DNA of 64,000 nt from an archaeon (GTDB lineage Archaea; Nanobdellota; Nanobdellia; Pacearchaeales; GW2011-AR1), in assembly GCA_009992215.1 (NCBI GenBank), contig JAACWB010000005.1, forward strand, positions 16,676 to 80,675. Reading direction: 5' to 3'. A model generated the notes under the pieces. It searched no databases and was not told the DNA's origin. It was given only the letters and a program-made list of their open reading frames with translations. Of this stretch, positions 26,600 to 36,442 are shown piece by piece. Position 1 is the stretch's first letter. Every line of letters begins with the position of its first letter. A program made the position numbers and the translations under genes.

Positions 26600-26896
26600 A
26601 TGGTATCTAAAAAAACTGTAAAAAAAGAAAGTGAAGGTTTGAAGGAAAATTCAAACTATGGACTTATTTCTTATATTTTGGCTATTGTTGCAATTGTAGA
26701 AGCAATTATTTCACCTATGGCCGGGATTATTTTAGGAATTATTGGGCTTAGTTTTTCTGTTAAAGAAAAAAGTAAACTTGCTTTGAAATCAAAAAAACTT
26801 AATATTATTGCAATTGTTTTAGGAGTGTTATTATTTGTTGCTATTTTAGCTTCATCTGTTTTACTTCCTTCAAGCATTTATGGAGGAACACAATGA
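26600..26896 (+). CDS. Small membrane protein (2-3 TM; start at MVSKK, preceded by GAGGT)
   Basis: TATA-like GAACTTTTATAAATAAG at 26551-26567. Its stop overlaps the next ATG (ATGA). Confidence 0.45.
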   Translation: MVSKKTVKKESEGLKENSNYGLISYILAIVAIVEAIISPMAGIILGIIGLSFSVKEKSKLALKSKKLNIIAIVLGVLLFVAILASSVLLPSSIYGGTQ

Positions 26897-27435
26897 AATC
26901 TAAACAAGGTGCAATGGAGATGAGTGTTGGAACAATTGTTACAATTGTTTTACTTATGAGTGTTTTAGTTTTAGGTTTATTTTTGGTAAAAAATATTTTT
27001 TCAAGTGCGAAGGGTGCAGTTGATTTAACTGATCAACAATTAACAAAAGAAATTCAAAAACTTTTCAGTGAAGATTCAAAAGTTGTTATTTATCCTACTA
27101 CAAGATATGTTGAAATAAAAGCAGGAAAAAGCGAAGATGTTGCAATTGGAATTAAGAACACTGGAAAAACAAGTAGTTCAGCAACAAGTTTTTCTTATAC
27201 TGTTACTGCTGGAGAAAATGATTGTGGAATAAGTCCGCAGGAACAATTAAGTTGGATTAGACTTGGAAAAGAAAAAACAAATATTCCTATTGCAATTGGA
27301 GACACTGAAGGATTAAGAGTAAGATTACAAATTCCTGAAGGGACTCCTTTATGTTTAGCTAGTTTTGATGTTACTGTCCAAGCTGGAGGATCAAGTTATG
27401 ACAGAGATTACTTTGATATTCAAGTAACTGCATAA
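26893..27435 (+). CDS. Archaeal type IV pilin-like protein (class III signal peptide)
   Basis: N-terminus MKSKQGAMEMSVGTIVTIVLLMSVLVLGLFLV: short charged leader, G/A cleavage context, conserved Glu, then a hydrophobic helix. Confidence 0.6.
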   Translation: MKSKQGAMEMSVGTIVTIVLLMSVLVLGLFLVKNIFSSAKGAVDLTDQQLTKEIQKLFSEDSKVVIYPTTRYVEIKAGKSEDVAIGIKNTGKTSSSATSFSYTVTAGENDCGISPQEQLSWIRLGKEKTNIPIAIGDTEGLRVRLQIPEGTPLCLASFDVTVQAGGSSYDRDYFDIQVTA

Positions 27436-27473
27436 TCCCTAATTTTTTAAATAAAAGAAGTTTAGAATTCTTG

Positions 27474-28811
27474 ATGAGTTTAGAAATATATAATACATTT
27501 AGTAAAAAGAAAGAAATCTTTAAACCAATTAATGAAAACGAAGTTAGAATGTATGTTTGTGGTCCAACGGTTAATGGAGTTCCTCATTTGGGTCATGCAA
27601 GAATGCAAATAGTTTTTGATGTATTTAGGAAATATTTGAAATTCTTAAATTACAAGGTAAAATTTGTTTCTAATGTAACTGATATTGAAGACAAAATAAT
27701 TTCTAAGGCAAAAGAAGAAGGAATTAGTATTGAAGAATTGACAAGAAAAAATTTGAAGGAACACATGGAAGATTACAAAGCAATTGGGATTTTAGAACCA
27801 GATGTTCAACCAAAGGCAACAGAGTATGTCCCAGAAATGATTGATTTAATTAAAAGGTTGGAAGAAAAAGGTTACACTTACATAATTCCGGAAGACGGAG
27901 TTTATTATAATGTTAGTAAGTTTCCTGATTATGGAAAATTGTCGGGTATTGATTTAACTGAACTTAGAAGTTCTCGTGAATTAAAGGATTTGACAAAGGG
28001 ACAAGAAAAAAGAGATTCAAAAGATTTTGTTTTGTGGAAATTTTCTAAAGCTGATGAACCAAGTTGGGATTCTCCTTGGGGCAAAGGGCGACCTGGTTGG
28101 CATATTGAATGTAGCGCAATGAATCATGCGATTTTAGGACTTCCAATAGATATTCATGCAGGAGGACAAGATTTGATTTTTCCCCACCACGAAGATGAAA
28201 TTGCTCAAGCAGAAGCAGGCTATGGAGAAAAATTTTGTAATTATTGGATGCATAACGGAATGGTTAATATTGAAAAAGTAAAAATGTCAAAGTCACTTGG
28301 AAATTTTACTACTATAAAAGATTTATTGAAAGAGTATCCTGGCGAAGTTATTAGATATTTTATAATTTCTGTTCATTATAGAAAACCTGTTGACTTTTCA
28401 AAAGAAAAACTTGACGAAGCTAAAATTTCTTATGAAAGACTGAAAAGATTGGTTTTGGATTTAGAGGATGATAAAAAAATAAATGAAAAATATTTGGAAG
28501 AATTTAAGGAAAACATGAATGAAGATTTGAATACTGCAGGGGGACTTCAAATTTTATGGAAAATTGTTCGTGACGATAAAGCAGAAGGTAGAGTAAACAC
28601 AATAAAAGAAATAGATAAAGTTTTTTCACTTAATTTATTTCAGAGAAAAGAAATTGAACTTCCAATTGCTGTTTCAGAATTATTAGATGAAAGAAAAAAA
28701 GTAAGAGAAGAAAAAAATTGGGCTTTAGCGGATGAACTTCGAGATAAAATAAAAGAATTAGGATTTTTGGTTAAAGATTCAAAAGAAGGTCAAGAAGTTT
28801 TGAAATTATAA
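27474..28811 (+). CDS. cysS: Cysteine--tRNA ligase
   Basis: HLGHAR (HIGH motif), KMSKSLGN (KMSKS motif), and WHIECSAM. Confidence 0.95.
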   Translation: MSLEIYNTFSKKKEIFKPINENEVRMYVCGPTVNGVPHLGHARMQIVFDVFRKYLKFLNYKVKFVSNVTDIEDKIISKAKEEGISIEELTRKNLKEHMEDYKAIGILEPDVQPKATEYVPEMIDLIKRLEEKGYTYIIPEDGVYYNVSKFPDYGKLSGIDLTELRSSRELKDLTKGQEKRDSKDFVLWKFSKADEPSWDSPWGKGRPGWHIECSAMNHAILGLPIDIHAGGQDLIFPHHEDEIAQAEAGYGEKFCNYWMHNGMVNIEKVKMSKSLGNFTTIKDLLKEYPGEVIRYFIISVHYRKPVDFSKEKLDEAKISYERLKRLVLDLEDDKKINEKYLEEFKENMNEDLNTAGGLQILWKIVRDDKAEGRVNTIKEIDKVFSLNLFQRKEIELPIAVSELLDERKKVREEKNWALADELRDKIKELGFLVKDSKEGQEVLKL

Positions 28812-28887
28812 CAATAAATATTTAGAAGATAAAATTTAAGCAATAATTATATAAATAAAAATAAATTGTTTAATATAGAGGTGAAAA

Positions 28888-30372
28888 ATGAAAAAATATC
28901 CTAAACAAATTCAGGAAATGTATGATTCTTTAAATGAAAAACAGCGAAGATATACAAATTTGGAATTAGCTAATCCAAAGAATGGAGAATATATGCTTGC
29001 AGTTTATCACCTTATTCCAGGTGGAGATTTAAACATGTTACAAGCCGCTGCTGAAGTTGCTGCTGAATCTTCTACGGGTACAAATTTTACAGTAAAAACT
29101 GAAACTGATTTTTCACATGAGATGAATGCCTTAACTTACAAAGTTGATTTGAAAAATAATTTAGTTTGGATGGCTTTTCCTTGGAGACTTTTTGATAGAG
29201 GAGGAAATATCCAAAATATTTTAACATATATCGTTGGAAATGTCCTTGGAATGAAAGAAATTAATGCATTAAAACTTCTTGATCTTTGGTTTCCACCTTC
29301 AATGCTTGAACAATATGATGGGCCAAGTTATACGCTTGAAGATATGAAAAAATATCTTGGAATATCAAAGAAGAAAGATAGACCTGTACTTGGAACAATT
29401 ATTAAACCAAAAATGGGATTAACGTCTTCAGAATATGCAGAAGTATGTTATGACTTTTGGAAAGGCGGAGGAGATTTTGTAAAAAATGATGAGCCTCAAG
29501 CTAATCAAGATTTTTGCCCTTATGACAAAATGGTCAAATATGTAAAAGAAGCAATGGACAAAGCCGTTAAAGAAACAGGGAACAAAAAAGTTCACTCATT
29601 TAATGTTTCGGCTTCTGATTATGATACTATGATTGAAAGATGTGAGATGATTCGTGCTGCCGGATTTGAACCTGGAAGTTATGCATTTTTAATTGATGGA
29701 CTTACTGCTGGATGGATGGCAGTTCAAACTCTAAGACGTAAATATCCTGATGTGTTTATTCATTTTCATAGAGCAATGCATGGTGCATTTACTCGTCCTG
29801 AAAATCCAATTGGATTTAGTGTTTTAATTCTTTCAAAGTTTGCAAGACTTGCAGGAGTAAGTGGTATTCATACAGGAACTGCAGGGGTTGGAAAAATGAA
29901 AGGAAATGCAAACGATGATATAATTCCCGCACATAATATTTTGTCTCTTATCGGAGAGGGATATTTCTTTGAACAATCATGGGCAAGAGTACCAAAAACT
30001 GACAAAGATGTTATACGATTAGCAAAGGAAGACCATCTTCACCACGTGATTTTGAGTGATGATTCATGGAGAGGAATGAAAAAGTGTGCGCCTATAATTT
30101 CTGGTGGCCTTAATCCAACTAAATTAAAGCCGTTTATTGATTTGATGAAGAGTACTGACTTTATTACTACAATGGGTGCTGGAGTTCATGCTCATCCTGA
30201 TGGTACTCAAGCTGGTGCAAAAGCATTAGTTCAAGCGATGGAAGCATATAACAAAAATATTTCCATAGATGTTTATGCAAAGACACATCCTGAACTAAAA
30301 AAGGCGATTGAATTTTTTACAAAACCAAAGAAAGAAGTTAAAGCGGAAGAATCTGTTGAGAAAGCAGCTTGA
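28888..30372 (+). CDS. rbcL: RuBisCO large subunit, form II/III-like
   Basis: GTIIKPKMGL; GGGDFVKNDEPQANQDFCP (form II-type KNDE, carbamyl-Lys and metal ligands intact); HFHRAMHGA; SGIHTGTAGVGKMKG. Confidence 0.9.
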   Translation: MKKYPKQIQEMYDSLNEKQRRYTNLELANPKNGEYMLAVYHLIPGGDLNMLQAAAEVAAESSTGTNFTVKTETDFSHEMNALTYKVDLKNNLVWMAFPWRLFDRGGNIQNILTYIVGNVLGMKEINALKLLDLWFPPSMLEQYDGPSYTLEDMKKYLGISKKKDRPVLGTIIKPKMGLTSSEYAEVCYDFWKGGGDFVKNDEPQANQDFCPYDKMVKYVKEAMDKAVKETGNKKVHSFNVSASDYDTMIERCEMIRAAGFEPGSYAFLIDGLTAGWMAVQTLRRKYPDVFIHFHRAMHGAFTRPENPIGFSVLILSKFARLAGVSGIHTGTAGVGKMKGNANDDIIPAHNILSLIGEGYFFEQSWARVPKTDKDVIRLAKEDHLHHVILSDDSWRGMKKCAPIISGGLNPTKLKPFIDLMKSTDFITTMGAGVHAHPDGTQAGAKALVQAMEAYNKNISIDVYAKTHPELKKAIEFFTKPKKEVKAEESVEKAA

Positions 30373-30381
30373 TATTTTAAA

Positions 30382-30840
30382 ATGATATTTCAAAATAAAA
30401 AATATCGTTCGGGAGTTTTTTTTGTTGTTTACAAAATTGAAAAAGGTAAACCTATATTTTTGATTCAAAAAAGAAAACTTCATTGGAAAGGTTATGAATT
30501 TCCAAAGGCAGGAATTGAAAAAGGAGAAAGACCAATTAATACAGTTAGAAGAGAAGTTTTTGAAGAAACTGGTTTAGCGATAAAAAAAATAAAGAATCAT
30601 CATAAGAGAGGAAAATATTTTTATAAAAAAATCTTTGAAGATAGACCAAAAATTATTGGACAAACTTGGAAACTTTATTCGGTTGAAGTTTTGGATGGTA
30701 AAATAAAAATTGATGAGAAAGAACATTATTCTGCACAGTGGTTAGATTACAAAGAGGCTAGAAAAAAAATTAGTTTTGAAAACCAAAAAGAGTGTTTAGA
30801 TATTGTTTACAATTGGTTAATGAAAAAGCTTAAATATTAA
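30382..30840 (+). CDS. NUDIX hydrolase
   Basis: Nudix box GIEKGERPINTVRREVFEETGL. Starts 9 nt after the rbcL stop. Confidence 0.8.
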   Translation: MIFQNKKYRSGVFFVVYKIEKGKPIFLIQKRKLHWKGYEFPKAGIEKGERPINTVRREVFEETGLAIKKIKNHHKRGKYFYKKIFEDRPKIIGQTWKLYSVEVLDGKIKIDEKEHYSAQWLDYKEARKKISFENQKECLDIVYNWLMKKLKY

Positions 30841-30858
30841 TTAATACCAATAAATATC

Positions 30859-31101
30859 ATGACAGAACAGATTAATTTGAGGCTTTCAGATGAAATTATT
30901 TCAAGAGCGAAAAAATTCGCAGAGAAAAATGGTTTTAGTAATATTCAGGAACTCATTAAAGAAACCCTAAGAGAAAAATTATTTGAGAAAGAAAATATTG
31001 GGGGAATTTTTACCTATTCTGCCTCTGAAAAGTCACTTTCAAAATATTGGATGACTAAAGAGGAGGACAGTGCATGGAATCATTTGCAAAAGGAGATGTA
31101 G
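30859..31101 (+). CDS. Putative antitoxin (small, ribbon-helix-helix-like) of the MazF pair
   Basis: 80 aa, overlaps the toxin ORF by 28 nt. N-terminus INLRLSDEIISRAKKFAEKNG is RHH-like. Confidence 0.5.
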   Translation: MTEQINLRLSDEIISRAKKFAEKNGFSNIQELIKETLREKLFEKENIGGIFTYSASEKSLSKYWMTKEEDSAWNHLQKEM

Positions 31102-31412
31102 TCTTGTTTCCTTTTCCATTTACAAACTTAACAAATAGAAAATTAAGGCCTTCACTTGTTTTATCTGACGAAATGGATGAAGACATTATTTTATGTCAAA
31201 TAACTTCAAAATATACCCGAAAAGATAAATTCTCAATTTTACTTAATAAAAATGAAACATTAAATGGGAGTTTGATGATTGACAGCCTTATTAGAACTAA
31301 TATGTTATTTACTGCTTCAAAAAATCAAATTGTAAAAAAAGTCTGTAAACTTGACAAAGATAAATATAACTTGGTTGTTGAGAAGATTTATCAAATAATC
31401 AAAGTTCTTTGA
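31074..31412 (+). CDS. mazF: PemK/MazF family toxin (mRNA interferase)
   Basis: GDVVLFPFPFTNLTNRKLRPSLVLSDE...IILCQITSK matches the PemK N-terminal SH3-like core. Confidence 0.75.
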   Translation: MESFAKGDVVLFPFPFTNLTNRKLRPSLVLSDEMDEDIILCQITSKYTRKDKFSILLNKNETLNGSLMIDSLIRTNMLFTASKNQIVKKVCKLDKDKYNLVVEKIYQIIKVL

Positions 31413-31457
31413 TAGTTTAATGAAAGCCCTTAAAAAATAAAGAATCTTGTTTTTATT

Positions 31458-32834
31458 ATGAATTTTGGAGAAGAAATTAGAGAGGAAGAGAATTTGGTAA
31501 AGACTGTTTTTAGAAAATTTAAGACAAAAGATTTTTCTGGTACGACTGGTCAAGCGATGAAAAATTCAACTTATCAATTAACTCAAAACATAATTTTTAA
31601 ATTTGGAAGTTTGGCGTTTACAATTATTATTGCTAGATTACTTCTTCCGGATAGGATGGGGTTATATAATTTGGCTCTTGCAACAATTGTTTTGTTTTCT
31701 AGTTTTAGTGACCTTGGAATTAGTTCGGCGTTAATTACTTTTGGTGCGAAAATGGTTGGACTCAAAAGACAAGGAAAAGCTAAAGGATATTTGAAAAAAT
31801 TATTCAAATGGAAACTAAGGTTAGTGTTTATTACATCAGGAATATTAATCGCTTCTGCTTATTTTATTAGTGAATATTATTATCAAAAGCCAATTTTTTA
31901 TGCACTGTTGGTTGGTGCACTCTATATACCAATTGTTGGATTAATTGGATTTATTGAACAAATATTTAAAGTTGAAGAAAACTTTAGAGTTCCTTTGTAT
32001 AAAGAAATCCTTTTTCAAATTTCAAGATTAATTATTGTTCCTGCGGGAATTTTGTTTTTCTTAAAATTTGGACTCTCAGAGAGAGGAATGGTTTTTATGA
32101 CCCTCCTTTTATTTGTGTCAGCTTATGCTGTAACTTTGTTATTCCTTGCCATTAAAGGTAGAAAGCAAATTAGATTTTTAGATGCTAAAACTGAAGAGCT
32201 TGAATTTGGTGAAATTGTTGATTTGAAAAAATTTATTTATCCTTTAACTGCGACGGCGATGGCTGGATTATTTTTTGGGTACATTGATACTTTGATGCTT
32301 GGGCATTTTGTTAGTGGGAGTTTTATTGCTTATTATGGTGCAGCGTTTAGTCTTGTTGGAGGAGCAAGTGCAATTATTGGTTTTATTTCTCTCGCGGTTT
32401 TACCAATTTTTGCAAAGAAGAATGGAAAAGCTCTTGAGGGAATTTTTAGAAAAAGTCGGGATATGACAATTTTTCTTTCTTTACTTGCTGGAGTTTTCAC
32501 TTATTTTGTTGCTTATTACGTTGTTAAATTTGCATATGGAGTAGAATATTTGAATACTGTTCCAATTCTTAAATATTTTAGTATACTTGTTGTTTTACTT
32601 CCGATAATTGGAATTTATGAAGGATATTTTACTACGCAAAAGAAAACTAAAAAACTGGCAACCCTTCTTGTTACTAGTGCTATTTTAAATATTATTTTTA
32701 ACGTTTTTGGAATACTTTACGGACTCAAAGTTGCTGGAGAAATGGGTGCTGTATTTGGTGCTGTATTTGCAACAATTCTTAGCAGATTTATTTATTTGGT
32801 TGGACTCGTGAGGTTTAGACGTAAGGGCGTGTAA
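31458..32834 (+). CDS. Oligosaccharide flippase (Wzx/MOP superfamily)
   Basis: 458 aa, about 12-14 TM, in a polysaccharide-biosynthesis context. Confidence 0.7.
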   Translation: MNFGEEIREEENLVKTVFRKFKTKDFSGTTGQAMKNSTYQLTQNIIFKFGSLAFTIIIARLLLPDRMGLYNLALATIVLFSSFSDLGISSALITFGAKMVGLKRQGKAKGYLKKLFKWKLRLVFITSGILIASAYFISEYYYQKPIFYALLVGALYIPIVGLIGFIEQIFKVEENFRVPLYKEILFQISRLIIVPAGILFFLKFGLSERGMVFMTLLLFVSAYAVTLLFLAIKGRKQIRFLDAKTEELEFGEIVDLKKFIYPLTATAMAGLFFGYIDTLMLGHFVSGSFIAYYGAAFSLVGGASAIIGFISLAVLPIFAKKNGKALEGIFRKSRDMTIFLSLLAGVFTYFVAYYVVKFAYGVEYLNTVPILKYFSILVVLLPIIGIYEGYFTTQKKTKKLATLLVTSAILNIIFNVFGILYGLKVAGEMGAVFGAVFATILSRFIYLVGLVRFRRKGV

Positions 32835-32837
32835 AAG

Positions 32838-33503
32838 TTATTTAGATAAGGGATTATTTTTTGATAGGAAGAAAAATCCATTTCCCTTCTCATAATGTGC
32901 CCAATTATCTTTCATGCCATTTACTAAATAAGAAAACCTATCTACTTTCCAATTTTCACTTTCAAATTTATTCTCCCACCATTCTCTTGGTTCTCTTAAA
33001 ACATGAGTTACATCATCTTCATATTGTGGGACAATATATTTTTTTCCATCACCAAGGGGAACAACAACAAATATATTTTCCGCTTTTTCTTTAGCATCTC
33101 TCAAAACTTTTTCAAGTTGATTTTCTGACAAATGTTCAAAGACATCTTTGGCAACAATCCATTTAAATTTAAAATTATAAGGAATTTTTCCATCTTCCAT
33201 TAATGAACAATATTCCTTTACTTCTTTATCAACATTATCAATTGCGTACTTTGATATATCACAACCCCAAGCATCAATATCTAAAATTCTAAAAGCTTTT
33301 GTCACAAAGCCTTTTGCACATCCATAATCCAAAATTTTGTCCCCTTCTCTTAAATTTAGTTCTTTAATAATTTTGTGTGCAAATTTTATTGTTCTCTCTG
33401 GCATCCAATGATAATCTTGATATCCCGATTTTCCTGAAGATATTCCTCTTTCAAAATATTCTTCATCATACTCTTCTGGATTAACCCTTTTATTCTTTGT
33501 CAT
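32838..33503 (-). CDS. Class I SAM-dependent methyltransferase
   Basis: Motif I ILDYGCAKG. Starts 1 nt after the stop of the radical SAM gene. Confidence 0.7.
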   Translation of the reverse strand: MTKNKRVNPEEYDEEYFERGISSGKSGYQDYHWMPERTIKFAHKIIKELNLREGDKILDYGCAKGFVTKAFRILDIDAWGCDISKYAIDNVDKEVKEYCSLMEDGKIPYNFKFKWIVAKDVFEHLSENQLEKVLRDAKEKAENIFVVVPLGDGKKYIVPQYEDDVTHVLREPREWWENKFESENWKVDRFSYLVNGMKDNWAHYEKGNGFFFLSKNNPLSK

Positions 33504-33504
33504 T

Positions 33505-34497
33505 TTATATAAAATTTTTGTGAATTATTTCTCCACTATTAAAATTTTTAATTTTTCCATCTAAGATATTTTCCAAAAGATTGTTTTGCCTTTCAAACAC
33601 GCAATTTGGACAAGAAACTTTTGGATTTACCAAAGAATAGACTGGTTTCTCATATAGTTTTCCTATGTCTTTTGCTGAAGAAATTATAAATTCTTTTTTG
33701 AATTGTTGATTTTCATGGTCATTTAAAACTAAAGAATCACAAGGATAAACATTTCCATCACAATACAAAACAGGATGGAAAAAGCCAAGATAACAATTTT
33801 TTGGAGAAGATGGAACTTTGTATTGATGAAAAAGAGGTTGACCTAACTCTTCGACCAATTTATTTACTTTTATATGATCTTCTTCTAACTTATCCCCTGG
33901 CTGAGCACAATCTGGAAGAACCCTTACATATTTTATATTATTTTTTATTGCTAAATCTTTTATCTCTTCTAAAGACTCTTTTGTTGTTAATGGGTTTGTT
34001 ACATAACTAAATCCAATAATTGGATTTTTTGCTTTAGGAATAATCACCTTCCCCCCATTTTCCAAAGAATTTATAGATATTCTTATCCAAGAAAAATTTT
34101 CATAAAATTCATCTGGAAATTTTTTAAGGAGCGTCCCATTAGTAATCATGCCTATTTCTAAATTTTTTGAACTAAGATAATTTATTAGAGGTTCAAATTC
34201 TTTATATATCATAGGTTCTCCCCCGCCACTTAATATTATAGATTTTAATCCTTTCTTAGATAATTCATCTACAACGGGTTTAATTTCTCCTTCTAAACTT
34301 AGGTTCTCATGATTCTCCCTATCTTTAACCGAGCAAAAATTACATCTTAAATTACAATTACTTGTTGGCATAATATGCATAACTATTGGAGTTGCAATTC
34401 CTGTTTCTTGAAATTTCTTCATGGCTTCTGGGTGATACAATAACTTCTCTCCCGTTGAAGTGAAAACTCTTTCTTTATCGGATAGATTGTGTTTCAT
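33505..34497 (-). CDS. Radical SAM protein with a Cys-rich (SPASM/twitch-like) C-terminus
   Basis: CNLRCNFCS (CxxxCxxC); ILSGGGEP; C-terminal NCYLGFFHPVLYCDGNVYPCD and SCPNCVFE. Confidence 0.8.
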   Translation of the reverse strand: MKHNLSDKERVFTSTGEKLLYHPEAMKKFQETGIATPIVMHIMPTSNCNLRCNFCSVKDRENHENLSLEGEIKPVVDELSKKGLKSIILSGGGEPMIYKEFEPLINYLSSKNLEIGMITNGTLLKKFPDEFYENFSWIRISINSLENGGKVIIPKAKNPIIGFSYVTNPLTTKESLEEIKDLAIKNNIKYVRVLPDCAQPGDKLEEDHIKVNKLVEELGQPLFHQYKVPSSPKNCYLGFFHPVLYCDGNVYPCDSLVLNDHENQQFKKEFIISSAKDIGKLYEKPVYSLVNPKVSCPNCVFERQNNLLENILDGKIKNFNSGEIIHKNFI

Positions 34498-34571
34498 GAA
34501 AAAGGAACAATTAATTCCTTTATATTGTTTATTATAATCAAATTAATAAAAGAAAAATTCATTAAATCCAT

Positions 34572-35432
34572 ATGAAACGAGGAATCTCCGCTATAATGAT
34601 TTTATACAATGATGGAGAAATAGTCAGAAAGGCTTTGGAAAGCATAAAGGATATTGCAAATGAAATCCTGATTGTTCACGATGGCCAATGTAAAAATAAT
34701 ACTTTAGAGATTTGTAAAGAATATACCGAAAAAATATTTATTCGGGAACATAAAGGCTGTTGTGAATTTCATCAAGCTTTTTTATATAGAAAAAGCCAAT
34801 ATGAATGGATACTAAAAATTGATGCAGACGAATATCTTCCAGAAGATTTACAAAAAAATATTAAAAAATTAATAAAAGATAAAAATATAGATGGATATTC
34901 TTTTCTTTGGCCTTATTGGGAGAAAGGCGTATATTTAACAAAAAAATGGCCAAGAAAAATGAATCTTTACAGAAAATCAAAAATATCTTATCTTGGTTTT
35001 CCAAATTGGGGAGAACCAAAAGTCAGGGGAAAAATTGCCCTTTCTAACTTCAGGCTCGGACATCATCACCATAGTGGAGATCCTACTAAATGGAAAACAT
35101 TCATAAATAAGGATATAAAATGGATTACTTTTTTACAAGCGGAAAATTATTTAAAGAAATTTAATGAATTTGATAACTTTCAATATCATGAAAATGAATT
35201 TCCAAAATATGTGCAAATAAGAAATAAATATCCTTTATTAACGTCCCCTTTATTTTCTATTGTTGCTTTATTGGGTTCTCTTGCTTCGATAAATTCAAAA
35301 GATATCAAAGTTATTTTAAAATCAGCTATACTCAATTTTGTTAGGTATTTTTATTTAGGATACTATTTATATAAATTAAAAAATAATAAAAACTTTGTCC
35401 CTTCAAAAACATCTTGTTCGATTAATCATTAA
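34572..35432 (+). CDS. Glycosyltransferase family 2-like
   Basis: ISAIMILYNDGE...ILIVHDGQCKNNT...KIDADEY (DxD-type). Confidence 0.65.
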   Translation: MKRGISAIMILYNDGEIVRKALESIKDIANEILIVHDGQCKNNTLEICKEYTEKIFIREHKGCCEFHQAFLYRKSQYEWILKIDADEYLPEDLQKNIKKLIKDKNIDGYSFLWPYWEKGVYLTKKWPRKMNLYRKSKISYLGFPNWGEPKVRGKIALSNFRLGHHHHSGDPTKWKTFINKDIKWITFLQAENYLKKFNEFDNFQYHENEFPKYVQIRNKYPLLTSPLFSIVALLGSLASINSKDIKVILKSAILNFVRYFYLGYYLYKLKNNKNFVPSKTSCSINH

Positions 35433-35488
35433 AAACACTTATTGTGTAAACTAAAAATCTTTATAACCTCCCAACCTCTAAAATTTTA

Positions 35489-36442
35489 ATGATTTGCCCC
35501 ATATGCGAAAATACAAAAATATATTTGAAAGGAAAAGATTTCCCTGGATTTATTGAAAACAATAAATTCGATATCTTTGAATGCGACAAATGCAATACCT
35601 CATTTATAGACCCAACAAAAATTGATAAAAAAGTTTACGATATAATTTATAATAATAAAAAATCTCCTGGATATGATAGATATCTCAATTATCTCGAAAG
35701 AATAAAAAAAGAAAAAAATCCCTTAAAATTTTTAGCAAATCAAGAACCTTCATATTTTCCAATATATGATTTTATAAAAAATATAAAAAAAGAGTTAGAT
35801 ATTTTGGAAATCGGATGCGGATATGGATATACCTCTTATGCCCTATCTAAATTTAAACATAATATTACCGCAATAGATTTATCTAAAAATGCTATAGAAT
35901 TGGCAAAAAAACATTTTAAAAATATAAAATTTCTAAATGTGGACATATTGAAAATTAAACATCAAAAAAAATATGATTTAATCATTGCTACAGAATTAAT
36001 AGAACACTTAGAAGATGTTCCTTCCTTTATAAAAAAATGTTCCACTTTGTTAAAAAACAAGGGATATATAATTTTAAGCACCCCAAACAAGGATTTTTGG
36101 AAAAATAAAATATGGCAAACTGACCTTCCCCCAGTACATGCCACTTGGCTATCAAAAAAAACTTTTTACACTTTGGCAAAAAATAATAATTTAAGAGTTA
36201 AATTCACTTCCTTTAATCAATATTATGGTAGAGAAATTGATAAATTTCTCTCAATCTTTATCAAAACCAAAAATCCCAACTCTATATTAAAAAATAATGG
36301 GGATCCAATTTATATTAATAAAAAAAGTTCAAAAATTTTAAAAGAGATACTATTGTTTTTCCCTTTGAGATTTCTATTAAAAAAGATTGCAAATTTAATA
36401 AAAAAAGAAGATCAAATCCTCGGAATAATACTAAAAAAATAA
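35489..36442 (+). CDS. SAM-dependent methyltransferase with an N-terminal zinc ribbon
   Basis: CPICEN...CDKCNT, then motif I ILEIGCGYGY and IATELIEHLED. Confidence 0.75.
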   Translation: MICPICENTKIYLKGKDFPGFIENNKFDIFECDKCNTSFIDPTKIDKKVYDIIYNNKKSPGYDRYLNYLERIKKEKNPLKFLANQEPSYFPIYDFIKNIKKELDILEIGCGYGYTSYALSKFKHNITAIDLSKNAIELAKKHFKNIKFLNVDILKIKHQKKYDLIIATELIEHLEDVPSFIKKCSTLLKNKGYIILSTPNKDFWKNKIWQTDLPPVHATWLSKKTFYTLAKNNNLRVKFTSFNQYYGREIDKFLSIFIKTKNPNSILKNNGDPIYINKKSSKILKEILLFFPLRFLLKKIANLIKKEDQILGIILKK

